DNA of 63,867 bases, counting the filler. It is 5 parts of 5 records of this genome, joined end to end, with 100 filler letters (N's around TTAATTAATTAA, not from the genome) between each part and the next. Parts side by side here need not be neighbours in the genome. Positions count along the whole stretch, not along the records: positions 16,497 to 29,517 come from SRR20825006_818; positions 29,618 to 45,362 come from SRR20825006_819; 3 more parts are not named here. One strand, 5' to 3'. Under the pieces are notes generated by a model. It was given only the letters and a program-made list of their open reading frames with translations. It ran no database searches and was not told the origin of the DNA. This document shows positions 29,096-38,488 of the stretch, one piece after another. The position numbers and the translations under genes are program-made. Each line of letters begins with the position of its first letter. Positions within the stretch are counted from its first letter, which is position 1.

Positions 29096-29517
29096 ATGCC
29101 GCTCAAGACCGACCGCCGTCTGATACCAACCGCCGCTCACTGGGGCACCTATTTCGCTGAGGTCGAGAACGGCAAGCTCGTGGCCATGCATGATTACGAC
29201 AAGGACCCGGCGCCGGCCATCATCGGCCCGGGCATTGTCGATGCGATCGAGGACAAGGTACGGATACGCCGTCCGATGATCCGGAAGGGCTGGCTGGAGA
29301 ATGGCCCGTCTTCTCGTGAGGGGCGTGGCAGCGATCCCTATGTTGCCGTGCCCTGGGACGAGGCGCTCGACATGGCGGGAGCTGAGCTGAAGCGAATTGC
29401 GGACACGCACGGCAACGAGGCGATTTTCGGTGGCTCTTACGGCTGGTCCAGTGCCGGACGGTTCCATCACGCACAAAGCCAGGTACACCGGTTCCTGAAC
29501 TGCATGGGCGGCTATGT
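29096..29517 (+). CDS. DMSO-reductase-family molybdopterin oxidoreductase (BisC/TorA-like), 5' part
   Basis: AHWG, RIRRPMIRKGWL, WDEALD, FGGSYGWSSAGRFHHAQSQ. No Tat signal, so probably cytoplasmic like BisC. Confidence 0.9.
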
Positions 29518-29617
29518 NNNNNNNNNNNNNNNNNNNNNNNNNNNNNNNNNNNNNNNNNNNNTTAATTAATTAANNNNNNNNNNNNNNNNNNNNNNNNNNN
29601 NNNNNNNNNNNNNNNNN
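29518..29617. other. Artificial contig-joining spacer
   Basis: N-run with TTAATTAATTAA. Confidence 0.99.
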
Positions 29618-30203
29618 TGCGCACATGGGCTATGTGACCATGGGTATTTTCGCCGGCAATATGCTGGGCATTCAGGGCGCGATCTTCCAAATGATCTCAC
29701 ACGGTATTGTTTCAGGCGCGTTGTTCCTTTGCGTCGGCGTGATTTACGACCGTATGCACACCCGTCAGATTGACGCTTATGGTGGCCTTGTGGAGCGTAT
29801 GCCGAAATATGCCTTTGCCTTTATGGTGTTCACCATGGCCAATGTTGGTTTGCCGGGCACAAGTGGCTTTGTGGGCGAATTCTTGACCCTGATGGGCATT
29901 TTCCAAGTGAACACTTGGGTGGCGTTTGGCGCAGCCTTTGGGGTGATCTTCTCCGCAGGCTACGCATTGTGGCTCTATCGTCGGGTGATTTTCGGCGTAT
30001 TGGAAAAAGAGAATTTGAAGGCGATCTTGGATATGAGCCCGCGCGAAATGGCGGTGATTGTACCTTTGATCATCCTCACTATCTTTTTCGGTTTCTATCC
30101 AGCGCCAATTCTGGATGCGACCGCCGCGTCTGTTGAGCAGTTGGTCAACCAATATCAAATGAGCCTGGGGCAAATCGGCGCCCTTGCCGAAGTTGCGCAC
30201 TAG
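29618..30203 (+). CDS. nuoM: NADH-quinone oxidoreductase subunit M, 3' part
   Basis: [31 protein letters not shown]. Precedes nuoN. Confidence 0.97.
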
Positions 30204-30212
30204 GGGGATATA

Positions 30213-31661
30213 ATGAATTCTGATTTGACTTCTTTTGCAGATCTTGCGCCAGCCTTTCCTGAATTGATGCTGGCGATCGGGGCGATCGTGCTGCTGATGG
30301 TTGGGGTGTTCACCTCATCCAAAAACGCCAACCAAGTTGTGCTTGGCATTGCGATGGCGCTGTTGGCGCTAACCGCATTGCTTGAGGTGGTGCATCCTGC
30401 GGATGGCGTGTTGTTCAACGGTGCGTTTGTACAGGACTCGTTTGCCCGGTTCATGAAGGTTCTCGTTCTGATCGGCTCTGCGTTTGCATTGGCGATTTCG
30501 GTGTCCAGCGCGGATGAGCACAAGCTCAACAAGTTCGAATATCCAGTGCTGGTGGTGCTGGCGACACTCGGCATGTTGATGATGATTTCAGCCAATGATC
30601 TGATCTCATTGTATATCGGCCTTGAGTTGCAATCTTTGTCACTTTATGTGATCGCTGCCTTCAAGCGCGATTCAAGCAAAGCGACAGAAGCTGGCTTGAA
30701 ATATTTCGTACTTGGCGCCTTGTCTTCTGGCATGTTGCTTTACGGCTCTTCCATGGTTTACGGCTTTACTGGCCATACGCAGTTGGATGAGATCGCCCGT
30801 GCTATTTCATTGGGTGAACCGTCACTTGGCTTGATCGTTGGCTTAGTGTTTGTGATGGCAGGCTTGGCGTTTAAGATTTCTGCTGTGCCATTCCACATGT
30901 GGACACCGGACGTTTATCAAGGTGTACCTACACCAGTGACTGCGTTTTTCGCATCTGCACCGAAAGTGGCGGCGATGGCCTTGTTTGTCCGCGTTGTGTT
31001 CGACACATTTGAACCAATTGCGCGCGACTGGCAGCAAATTGTGATCTTTATCTCGATCGCTTCCATGGTGTTGGCGGCGTTTGCGGCCATTGGCCAGAAG
31101 AACATTAAGCGACTGATCGCTTATTCTTCAATCGGCCATGTGGGCTTTGCGTTGGTTGGCCTTTCAGCAGGTTCGCAAATCGGGGTGGAAGGGGTTGCCG
31201 TTTATATGGCGATTTACCTCACCATGACCCTTGGCTTGTTTGCCTGTATCCTCGCCTTGAAGAATGACGAAGGATATGTGGAGCAGATTGATGATTTGGC
31301 TGGCTTGGCGCAGTCGCGTCCATTCGTGGCGGCAGGCATTGCGATTATCATGTTCTCTTTGATCGGGTTGCCACCATTGGCTGGCTTCTTTGCGAAGTGG
31401 CAAGTGTTCCTAGCAGCGATTGAAGCGCAATTGTTCATTCTTGCTGTGATTGGCGTTTTGGCCAGTGCGGTGAGTGCGTTCTATTATCTGCGTGTGATCA
31501 AGGTGATGTATTTCGACGAAGTTGTGCATCAATTTGACGATTCAGCCTTGGCTTTGCGCGTGATTATCGCTTTGGCCGGGTTCTTGATCGTGACCTACTA
31601 TTTGACACTTGGTGTGCCATTGACCCAATGGGCTCAAACTGCGGCGGGTAGTCTCTTTTAG
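30213..31661 (+). CDS. nuoN: NADH-quinone oxidoreductase subunit N
   Basis: [54 protein letters not shown]. Confidence 0.98.
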   Translation: MNSDLTSFADLAPAFPELMLAIGAIVLLMVGVFTSSKNANQVVLGIAMALLALTALLEVVHPADGVLFNGAFVQDSFARFMKVLVLIGSAFALAISVSSADEHKLNKFEYPVLVVLATLGMLMMISANDLISLYIGLELQSLSLYVIAAFKRDSSKATEAGLKYFVLGALSSGMLLYGSSMVYGFTGHTQLDEIARAISLGEPSLGLIVGLVFVMAGLAFKISAVPFHMWTPDVYQGVPTPVTAFFASAPKVAAMALFVRVVFDTFEPIARDWQQIVIFISIASMVLAAFAAIGQKNIKRLIAYSSIGHVGFALVGLSAGSQIGVEGVAVYMAIYLTMTLGLFACILALKNDEGYVEQIDDLAGLAQSRPFVAAGIAIIMFSLIGLPPLAGFFAKWQVFLAAIEAQLFILAVIGVLASAVSAFYYLRVIKVMYFDEVVHQFDDSALALRVIIALAGFLIVTYYLTLGVPLTQWAQTAAGSLF

Positions 31662-32425
31662 TGGTTTCGTTAGGTGAACGCGCGCGCTTGGATGGATATG
31701 CATTGCGGCATGTGCCGAGCATAGGCTCCACCAGCGCGACATTGATGCAAGATGCTTTAAACGGGGCCGCTGGCCCCGTTTGGCTTGTGGCCGATGAGCA
31801 GGTGGAAGGTAAAGGGCGGCGAGGCCGCTTTTGGCATTCGCCCAAAGGCAATCTATACGCATCTTTATTGCTGATTGATCCGGCACCAGCAGAGCATGTG
31901 GCGCAGCTTTCCTTTGTGTTGGCTTTGGCCTTGCGTGACGCGGTTAGCCAAATTGCTGAGGCGCAGGGCGTGACCGGACTTCAAATCGAAGTCAAATGGC
32001 CCAATGATCTGATGATCAATGCGAAGAAATGTGCCGGATTGTTGCTGGAGGGTGGCATGAAAGGGCAAAGCCGTTTTGTGGTGATTGGCATGGGGGTGAA
32101 TTTGAGCTTTCACCCAGATGAATCTAACCATCCAGCAAGTGATTTTGCAGCATTGGGGCTGAACACCTCTACGGCGCATTTTTTCGCTTTTTTATCAGAT
32201 GCAGTGGCGCAGCGGATTTCCCAATGGGAAGGCGGGCGCAATTTTGCACAAATTCGAGCCGACTGGCTGGCCCATGCATATAATATGGGCGAAGTCATGC
32301 GGATTAATGCCAATGCGGAGAGTTACGAAGCGCGGCTTGAAGGGGTGGACCCGACAGGCGGGTTGATTGTTGACCATATGGGTCGGCAGCGCATCGTCAC
32401 CGCAGGCGAAATATTCAATTTATAA
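31661..32425 (+). CDS. birA: Biotin--protein ligase (group I, no HTH)
   Basis: QVEGKGRRGRFWHSPKGNL, KWPND, KCAGLLLE. Canonical position after nuoN. Confidence 0.93.
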   Translation: MVSLGERARLDGYALRHVPSIGSTSATLMQDALNGAAGPVWLVADEQVEGKGRRGRFWHSPKGNLYASLLLIDPAPAEHVAQLSFVLALALRDAVSQIAEAQGVTGLQIEVKWPNDLMINAKKCAGLLLEGGMKGQSRFVVIGMGVNLSFHPDESNHPASDFAALGLNTSTAHFFAFLSDAVAQRISQWEGGRNFAQIRADWLAHAYNMGEVMRINANAESYEARLEGVDPTGGLIVDHMGRQRIVTAGEIFNL

Positions 32426-32440
32426 CGGAAGTTTAGTTTT

Positions 32441-34105
32441 ATGCAGGACCAGTTGGTTTTTGTACCTTTAGGCGGCGTTGGCGAGATCGGCATGAATTTC
32501 GGTCTTTATGGCTTTGGCGCGCCTGAAAACCGCAAATGGTTGATCGTTGATTGTGGCTTGACCTTTGGTGGGCCAGACTTGCCAGGCATTGAGCTGGTGA
32601 TGCCTGATGTGAGGTTTTTGGAAGATGAAGTCGAAAATATTGTCGGCATGGTGCTGACCCACGCCCATGAAGACCATTATGGCGGGGTGATGGACCTTTG
32701 GCCGATGCTTGAGTGCGATGTTTATGCATCGCCTTTCGCGGCTGAAATGCTGAAAGCAAAAGGCAAAGCCAATAATTTTGGCTATCAGGTACCGGTGAAT
32801 GTGGTTCAACAGGGCGCAACGCTTCAGCTTGGGCCATTTAAGGTTGAATTGATCAATGTGGCGCACTCTATTCCTGAAAGCTCTGCGCTTTATATTGAAA
32901 CGCCAGCAGGCCGCGTGCTGCACACAGGGGACTGGAAGTTAGATCCGTCGCCCGTTGGCAATGCGCCGACCGATGAGAAGCGGTTGCGCGAGATTGGTGA
33001 AATGGACGCGCCATTGGCGTTGGTGTGCGATAGCACCAATGCAGTGCGTGACGGTGTAAGCCCGGGTGAGGGCGATGTGGCGGAGAGCTTGGAAAAGCTG
33101 ATTGCTGATGCGCCGAACCGTGTGGCAGTGACGATTTTTGCCTCAAATGTTGGTCGAATGATTTCAATCGCCCGTGCTGCGCAAAAGGCGGGCCGCCATG
33201 TGGTGGCTTCTGGTCGCGCCATTCACCGCACGTCAGAGATTGCGCGGGATCTTGGCCTATTTGATGGGATTGAACCCTTTTTGGATCAAGATGCATTTGG
33301 CTATTTGCCGCGTGAGAAGGTTTGCTTGATTTGCACTGGCTCGCAAGGGGAATCTCGTGCAGCGATTGCGCGGATTGCGCGGGATGATCACCCGGTGTTG
33401 ACCTTGAATAAGGGTGATCAGGTGATTTTCTCTTCCAAGGCCATTCCTGGCAATGAGAAGGATGTTTTGGACATTCAAAACATGCTGATCAACCAAGGCG
33501 TGAAAGTGATTAGCGACAAGGATGCTTTGGTGCATGTGTCTGGCCACCCGCGGCGCGATGAGTTGCGGCAGCTTTATGATTGGCTGAAGCCGAATGTTTT
33601 GGTGCCTGTGCACGGTGAAGCCGCGCACTTGGAGGCGCAGGCTGAATTGGGACGCGAAGCTGGCATTCAAGATATTTTATCAATCCGCAATGGCGATATG
33701 GCCGTACTTTACCCAGCGCCACAGCGCTTGAAGGATGAAGTGCCGTCTGGCCGCTTATATTTGGATGGTGATATTTTGTGTATGCCGGAGGAAAGCGGCG
33801 TGCGCGAGCGGCGCAAGCTCAGCTTTGGTGGCGTTATTGCCATTTCAATGGTGATTGATGGTAAGGGCCAATTGCGGGATGCGCCTTTGGTTGAGCTTTA
33901 TGGCTTGCCGCAGCTTGAAGATGAGGACGAAGATTTCGACATTGTGGTGGAAAAAGCCATTGATGGGGTGATCCGTTCCATGCCGGCGAAAAAGCGGGGT
34001 GCCATTGAGGTGCTCGGTGAGGCGGTGCGACGTGCTGTCCGCTCGGAAGTCAATCAATTTTGGGGTAAGAAGCCCATCGTCAAAGTTTTTGTCCATAAGG
34101 TGTAG
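32441..34105 (+). CDS. rnj: Ribonuclease J
   Basis: GGVGEIGMN, THAHEDH, HSIPE, HTGDWK, TGSQGE, HVSGH, PVHGE. Confidence 0.97.
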   Translation: MQDQLVFVPLGGVGEIGMNFGLYGFGAPENRKWLIVDCGLTFGGPDLPGIELVMPDVRFLEDEVENIVGMVLTHAHEDHYGGVMDLWPMLECDVYASPFAAEMLKAKGKANNFGYQVPVNVVQQGATLQLGPFKVELINVAHSIPESSALYIETPAGRVLHTGDWKLDPSPVGNAPTDEKRLREIGEMDAPLALVCDSTNAVRDGVSPGEGDVAESLEKLIADAPNRVAVTIFASNVGRMISIARAAQKAGRHVVASGRAIHRTSEIARDLGLFDGIEPFLDQDAFGYLPREKVCLICTGSQGESRAAIARIARDDHPVLTLNKGDQVIFSSKAIPGNEKDVLDIQNMLINQGVKVISDKDALVHVSGHPRRDELRQLYDWLKPNVLVPVHGEAAHLEAQAELGREAGIQDILSIRNGDMAVLYPAPQRLKDEVPSGRLYLDGDILCMPEESGVRERRKLSFGGVIAISMVIDGKGQLRDAPLVELYGLPQLEDEDEDFDIVVEKAIDGVIRSMPAKKRGAIEVLGEAVRRAVRSEVNQFWGKKPIVKVFVHKV

Positions 34106-34110
34106 GTCAA

Positions 34111-34359
34111 ATGGGTCTTGTTTCTTCTATCGCGCTTTACTTCGTTTTGTGGTGGTTGTGCTTTTTTGTAGCGCTGCCCATCGGCAATCATTCGCATGTG
34201 GAGCAGGACCTGGCCGTTGATAAAGGCTCGGAAGCGGCAGCGCCGGTTAAGCCGCATCTGTTGAAAAAGATGCTGGCGTCCACCGTGATCGCGTTTGGCT
34301 TGCTGATGCTGACCCAATGGATTTTGGCGCAACCTGGCTTGCAGTATTACTGGAAGTAA
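34111..34359 (+). CDS. DUF1467-family small membrane protein
   Basis: ALYFVLWWLCFFVALPIG...GSEAAAP, in its conserved alphaproteobacterial position. Confidence 0.85.
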   Translation: MGLVSSIALYFVLWWLCFFVALPIGNHSHVEQDLAVDKGSEAAAPVKPHLLKKMLASTVIAFGLLMLTQWILAQPGLQYYWK

Positions 34360-34383
34360 TTGCTGTAAGGCTTTGAAATCAAT

Positions 34384-34408
34384 AAAAAACAGGGCCGGAG
34401 CCCTGTTT
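34384..34408. terminator. Intrinsic terminator, probably bidirectional
   Basis: AAACAGGGC-CGGA-GCCCTGTTT hairpin, with a T6 run on the minus strand and TTTATT on the plus strand. Confidence 0.85.
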
Positions 34409-34543
34409 ATTAGTTTCGCGACAAATCGTTGGACTTACTCAAGCTAATTAAAGCGAGGCCAACGTTCCTCCCTAGACCTTGTCAGCGTACACGGGGCCGC
34501 CATATTGTCGCAGGCCCTCTTATTGGGAATGGACCCTAACAAC
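34384..34543 (-). ncRNA. Putative alpha-r9 (Smr9C-like) trans-encoded sRNA, about 160 nt
   Basis: Has its own promoter (TTGACG at 34573-34578, N18, GACCAT at 34549-34554) and terminator. Position and strand between DUF1467 and proS match the alpha-r9 family context as I recall it. Confidence 0.65.
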
Positions 34544-34721
34544 TTAAAATGGTCCTGTCACCCGGTTTTTAGCGTCAAACTCTGAAAAATTGGAATTTTG
34601 GTTTACGCAGCGGTTGGATTGGGAAAATTTGAACCGAAAACCCTTGCATCTGCGCCACTTATGGCGTTTTGTTGCCCGCAACAATCCCATTTGACGAGTC
34701 GAACGAAAGCAAGAATAGATC

Positions 34722-36071
34722 ATGCGCCTGTCAAAATATTTTCTGCCTGTTTTGAAAGAAACACCTAAGGAAGCTGAAATTGTGTCGCACCGCCTTATGC
34801 TGCGGGCCGCAATGCTGAAACAGGAGGCGAGTGGCCTTTATGCATGGTTGCCGTTGGGCTATCGCGTGTTGCGCAAGGTCCAAAACATCATTGAACAAGA
34901 ACAAGATCGCGCAGGTGCGATTGAGTTGCTGATGCCAACCTTGCAGCCCGCTGATTTGTGGCGCGAGAGCGGCCGTTATGATGCATATGGCAAGGAAATG
35001 CTGCGCATTCAGGATCGGCACGAGCGGGACATGCTTTATGGCCCGACCAATGAAGAGATGATCACCTCAATCTTCCGGTCAAATGTGAAGTCTTACAAAG
35101 ACTTGCCATTGAATCTTTATCACATCCAATGGAAGTTCCGTGACGAGATTCGTCCGCGCTTTGGCACAATGCGGAGCCGAGAATTTTTGATGAAAGACGC
35201 TTATTCGTTCGATTTGACGAAGGAAGAAGCGGTGAAATCTTATCATCGGATGTTTGTGGCCTATTTGCGCACTTATTACCGTATGGGGCTGACGGCTGTG
35301 CCGATGCAGGCTGAAACAGGGCCAATTGGCGGTGATTTGAGCCATGAATTTATCGTGTTGGCAGATACAGGCGAAAGCGGTGTGTTCTGCGATAAAGCAT
35401 TGTTGGATCAACCGATTCCACCAAAAGATGTCGATTTTGACGGTGACCTGACTTCTTATGTGAAGGACTGGACCACCATGTATGCGGCGACAGAAGATAT
35501 GATCGATATGGACAAGTTCCAGTCGGAAGTGCCGGAAGATCGCCGTATCGAGGCGCGTGGCATTGAAGTTGGCCAGGTCTTTTATTTCGGCACAAAATAT
35601 TCTGAGCCGATGGGCGCAACTGTTGCGGACGCAAATGGGCAGGAAGTTCCAGTGCATATGGGGTCATACGGCATTGGCCTGACCCGGCTTGTGCCTGCAA
35701 TTATTGAAGCGAGCCATGATGATGATGGCATTATCTGGCCTGTTTCTGTTGCGCCGTTTGAATTGGCGCTGATCAATTTGAAGGCGGGCGACGAAGAATG
35801 TGCGTCCACATGCGATGGGCTTTACAAGCAGCTTGAGAATGCTGGCATTGAAGTGCTGTATGATGATCGCGACATGGGCGCTGGCGGCAAATTTGCGACT
35901 GCAGATTTGATTGGCTTGCCGTATCAGATGATTGTTGGACCGCGCGGCCTTAAAAATAACGAAGTTGAGATCAAGAATCGCAAAACTGGCGAACGGACAA
36001 ATGTTTCGCTTGAACAAGCAGTTGATTTTCTTCTTGAGCGCATTGTGCCGGAACGTAGACAGGACGTTTAA
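34722..36071 (+). CDS. proS: Proline--tRNA ligase (short form without the INS editing domain)
   Basis: [48 protein letters not shown]. Confidence 0.98.
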   Translation: MRLSKYFLPVLKETPKEAEIVSHRLMLRAAMLKQEASGLYAWLPLGYRVLRKVQNIIEQEQDRAGAIELLMPTLQPADLWRESGRYDAYGKEMLRIQDRHERDMLYGPTNEEMITSIFRSNVKSYKDLPLNLYHIQWKFRDEIRPRFGTMRSREFLMKDAYSFDLTKEEAVKSYHRMFVAYLRTYYRMGLTAVPMQAETGPIGGDLSHEFIVLADTGESGVFCDKALLDQPIPPKDVDFDGDLTSYVKDWTTMYAATEDMIDMDKFQSEVPEDRRIEARGIEVGQVFYFGTKYSEPMGATVADANGQEVPVHMGSYGIGLTRLVPAIIEASHDDDGIIWPVSVAPFELALINLKAGDEECASTCDGLYKQLENAGIEVLYDDRDMGAGGKFATADLIGLPYQMIVGPRGLKNNEVEIKNRKTGERTNVSLEQAVDFLLERIVPERRQDV

Positions 36072-36074
36072 TTT

Positions 36075-37433
36075 ATGAGTGATGCCACGCAGAACCTGCA
36101 AAACCGCCCATTTTCGCGGTTTGAATTTATGGTGGCGTGGCGTTATCTCCGCGCGCGCCGCCAAGAAGCCTTTATCTCGGTGATTGCGGCGTTGACGCTT
36201 ACGGGCATCGCCATCGGCGTGGCCACATTGATTGTGGTTATGTCTGTGATGAACGGGTTTCGCGCAGAACTTTTAGACAAAATCCTTGGCTTAAATGGTC
36301 ACTTCACTGCGTTTCCACTGGAAGAGCAGTTCGAGGATTATGAGAGCATTATTCCGAAAATTGAGAGTGTGGACGGCGTTGAAGCGGTGATTGCCTTTGC
36401 AGAAGGGCAGGCGCTTGCCTCCGGCATTGGCCGATCAACAGGTGTTGCCGTGCGCGGGATCAATGAGCGCGACTTGAAAAAGATGCCTCTATTCGCTGAA
36501 TCTGCCGTTTTGGGCGGCTTTAATGGCTGGGATGATGGCAAAGGCGTGGCCATTGGCATGCGGTTGGCGCAAAATCTAGGCGTTTCGGTTGGCGATAGCG
36601 TGACCATCATCACGCCGGAAGGGACCGTGACGCCCTTTGGCACCGCGCCGCAAATTCGCACCTATCCGGTGGATGTGGTGTTTGAATTAGGCATGGTCGA
36701 GTTTGACAGCTATTTCGTTTATATGCCGCTGCAATTGGCGCAGAATTATTTCAAACTGTTTCGCGATGAGCTGAAAGATGGTTTGGAACCATTGCCGCTT
36801 GATGCAACGGATGAGCAGATCGATGAATCCTATGAGCGGATTTATTCGGTGACTGGGCTTGAGATTTTCCTTGATGATCCGGACGATATTCACACTATGC
36901 GCGAGCCTGTGCAGGCGGCGGCTGAGCGCCCGATGATCCTTTCTGATTGGCAACGGCGGAATGAAACGTTCTTCTCGGCGTTGCAGGTGGAGCGGGTTGT
37001 GATGTTCGTGATTCTTTCCATGATTATTCTGGTGGCGGTGTTCAATATTATTTCCTCGCTGGTGATGCTGGTGAAGGAAAAGAATACGGATATTGCGATT
37101 TTGCGCACGATGGGGGCCACGCGGGCGTCTATCATGCGGATTTTCTGCATGACGGGCACAGCCATCGGCTTTGCGGGCACCTTTATTGGTTTAATCGCCG
37201 GTTTGGTTTTGGCGGCGAATGCGGAAGCAATTCGGGCGTGGATTTCAGAAACCATTGGCGTGACATTGTTTCCGCCGGAAGTGTTTTTCCTTTCGTCACT
37301 GCCTTCAAAAACCGACCCATTTGAGGTGGCCTTTGTGGTGACATTGGCTTTGTTGCTGAGCTTTGCGGCGTCACTTTATCCGGCATGGCGTGCGGCACAA
37401 TATGATCCAGTTGAGGCATTGCGGTATGGCTGA
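36075..37433 (+). CDS. lolE: Lipoprotein-releasing ABC transporter permease (LolC/E family)
   Basis: AWRYLR, VMSVMNGF, NIISSLVMLVKEK, DIAILRTMGA, YPAWRAA..DPVEALRYG. Confidence 0.93.
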   Translation: MSDATQNLQNRPFSRFEFMVAWRYLRARRQEAFISVIAALTLTGIAIGVATLIVVMSVMNGFRAELLDKILGLNGHFTAFPLEEQFEDYESIIPKIESVDGVEAVIAFAEGQALASGIGRSTGVAVRGINERDLKKMPLFAESAVLGGFNGWDDGKGVAIGMRLAQNLGVSVGDSVTIITPEGTVTPFGTAPQIRTYPVDVVFELGMVEFDSYFVYMPLQLAQNYFKLFRDELKDGLEPLPLDATDEQIDESYERIYSVTGLEIFLDDPDDIHTMREPVQAAAERPMILSDWQRRNETFFSALQVERVVMFVILSMIILVAVFNIISSLVMLVKEKNTDIAILRTMGATRASIMRIFCMTGTAIGFAGTFIGLIAGLVLAANAEAIRAWISETIGVTLFPPEVFFLSSLPSKTDPFEVAFVVTLALLLSFAASLYPAWRAAQYDPVEALRYG

Positions 37434-38112
37434 TTTGAAATTATCGCTGAAAAATGTGCATCGGCACTATTTAGAGCGCGAAGCACGGCTGGATATTCTG
37501 GTTGATGTGGCGCTTAATATTGCTGCAGGCGAGATCGTGGCGCTGGTGGCGCCTTCTGGTGCCGGCAAATCAACATTGTTGCATGTGTGTGGCCTGCTGG
37601 AGCGTCCGCAGCAAGGTGAAGTGACCATTTGCGGCACGGAAGCTCATAGTTTGAATGATCGGGCGCGCACTTTATTGCGGCGGCAAAATGTTGGCTATAT
37701 CTACCAGTTCCACCATTTGCTGCCTGAATTTTCGGCCAATGAAAATATCATGATCCCGCAATTGATTGCTGGGGTAGATCACGCTGCGGCAAAGACGCGT
37801 GCTGAAGATTTGCTGAACCATATGGGATTGAAAGAGCGGGGCGATCATCGCCCAGCTCAGCTTTCTGGTGGTGAGCAACAACGTGTGGCGATTGCGAGGG
37901 CGATGGCCAACAATCCGGGCCTTATTCTTGCGGATGAGCCTACAGGCAATTTGGACCCCGATACGAGTGGCCATGTTTTTGAACTGCTGGCGCGTTCTAT
38001 TAAGGACCATGGGGCGGCAGGGCTTATTGCCACGCACAACCACGATATTGCACGGCGTGCAGATCGGGTGGTGACCCTTGATGGTGGTGCAGTGGTGCCA
38101 ACCACGCTCTAA
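37426..38112 (+). CDS. lolD: Lipoprotein-releasing ABC transporter ATPase
   Basis: APSGAGKST, YQFHHLLPEF, LSGGEQQRVAIARA, ADEPTGNLD. ATG 37426 overlaps the lolE stop. Confidence 0.95.
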   Translation: MADLKLSLKNVHRHYLEREARLDILVDVALNIAAGEIVALVAPSGAGKSTLLHVCGLLERPQQGEVTICGTEAHSLNDRARTLLRRQNVGYIYQFHHLLPEFSANENIMIPQLIAGVDHAAAKTRAEDLLNHMGLKERGDHRPAQLSGGEQQRVAIARAMANNPGLILADEPTGNLDPDTSGHVFELLARSIKDHGAAGLIATHNHDIARRADRVVTLDGGAVVPTTL

Positions 38113-38155
38113 GTTGGTCTGAACGCGGTGAGGTTTTTTCACCGCCGGGCCAAAC

Positions 38156-38250
38156 TTATCCACATTCATCCACAGCTTTGCACAGGCAATTCACAGCCTG
38201 TGCACATTAACCATAAAACCATCAACAGGTTCTGCACAGGCATATGCACA
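38156..38250 (+). promoter_or_regulatory. Phased array of about nine co-oriented DnaA-box-like 9-mers
   Basis: TTATCCACA (38156, perfect), TCATCCACA (38166), CTTTGCACA (38176), CAATTCACA (38187), CTGTGCACA (38198), TTAACCATA (38207), CCATCAACA (38219), TTCTGCACA (38230), ATATGCACA (38242). Confidence 0.7.
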
Positions 38251-38302
38251 CTAGACGAGAACAAAAAGAGAATATATAAGAACAAATAAGAAACATAGGA
38301 GG
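38251..38302 (+). promoter_or_regulatory. SOS promoter with two alphaproteobacterial LexA boxes and an RBS
   Basis: GAAC-N7-GAAT (38259-38273) and GAAC-N7-AAAC (38280-38294), against the consensus GAAC-N7-GAAC. -35 CTAGAC at 38251, -10-like TATATA at 38273, AGGAGG at 38297. Confidence 0.8.
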
Positions 38303-38307
38303 TTGCA

Positions 38308-38412
38308 ATGTTTGTTCTGATTAAAGATGTGATGGCTCTTTTCTCTTTGGCTGGCTTCAGTGCCGCAACTTTGATGTGGATGGATGTGTTGACCAAATTG
38401 GGTGGTCTTTAA
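38308..38412 (+). CDS. sidA: SidA-like small membrane protein (34 aa), putative SOS cell-division inhibitor
   Basis: Below the ORF-track cutoff: MFVLIKDVMALFSLAGFSAATLMWMDVLTKLGGL. Perfect RBS, LexA boxes, one hydrophobic helix, and a position directly upstream of dnaE as in Caulobacter. Confidence 0.75.
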   Translation: MFVLIKDVMALFSLAGFSAATLMWMDVLTKLGGL

Positions 38413-38488
38413 GCTTTGATGCACGCGCCTGTGAACATCTGATATGGCCGCTTGGCCTTCATGGGCGCTTTATGCATAAGATATAGCT

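Noticed and set aside
34105-34111. Absence of mce between rnj and DUF1467 (present there in many rhizobia)
   Set aside because: Ordinary gene-order variation; no remnant is visible.
38156-38300. The DnaA-box array as the chromosomal origin or a CRISPR array
   Set aside because: Units are about 10 nt with no spacers and no cas genes. The A-rich part is explained by LexA boxes, and alphaproteobacterial oriC usually lies near hemE. oriC is not formally excluded.
38166-38396. 76-aa minus-strand ORF
   Set aside because: It is antisense to the RBS-supported sidA-like gene and its promoter elements.
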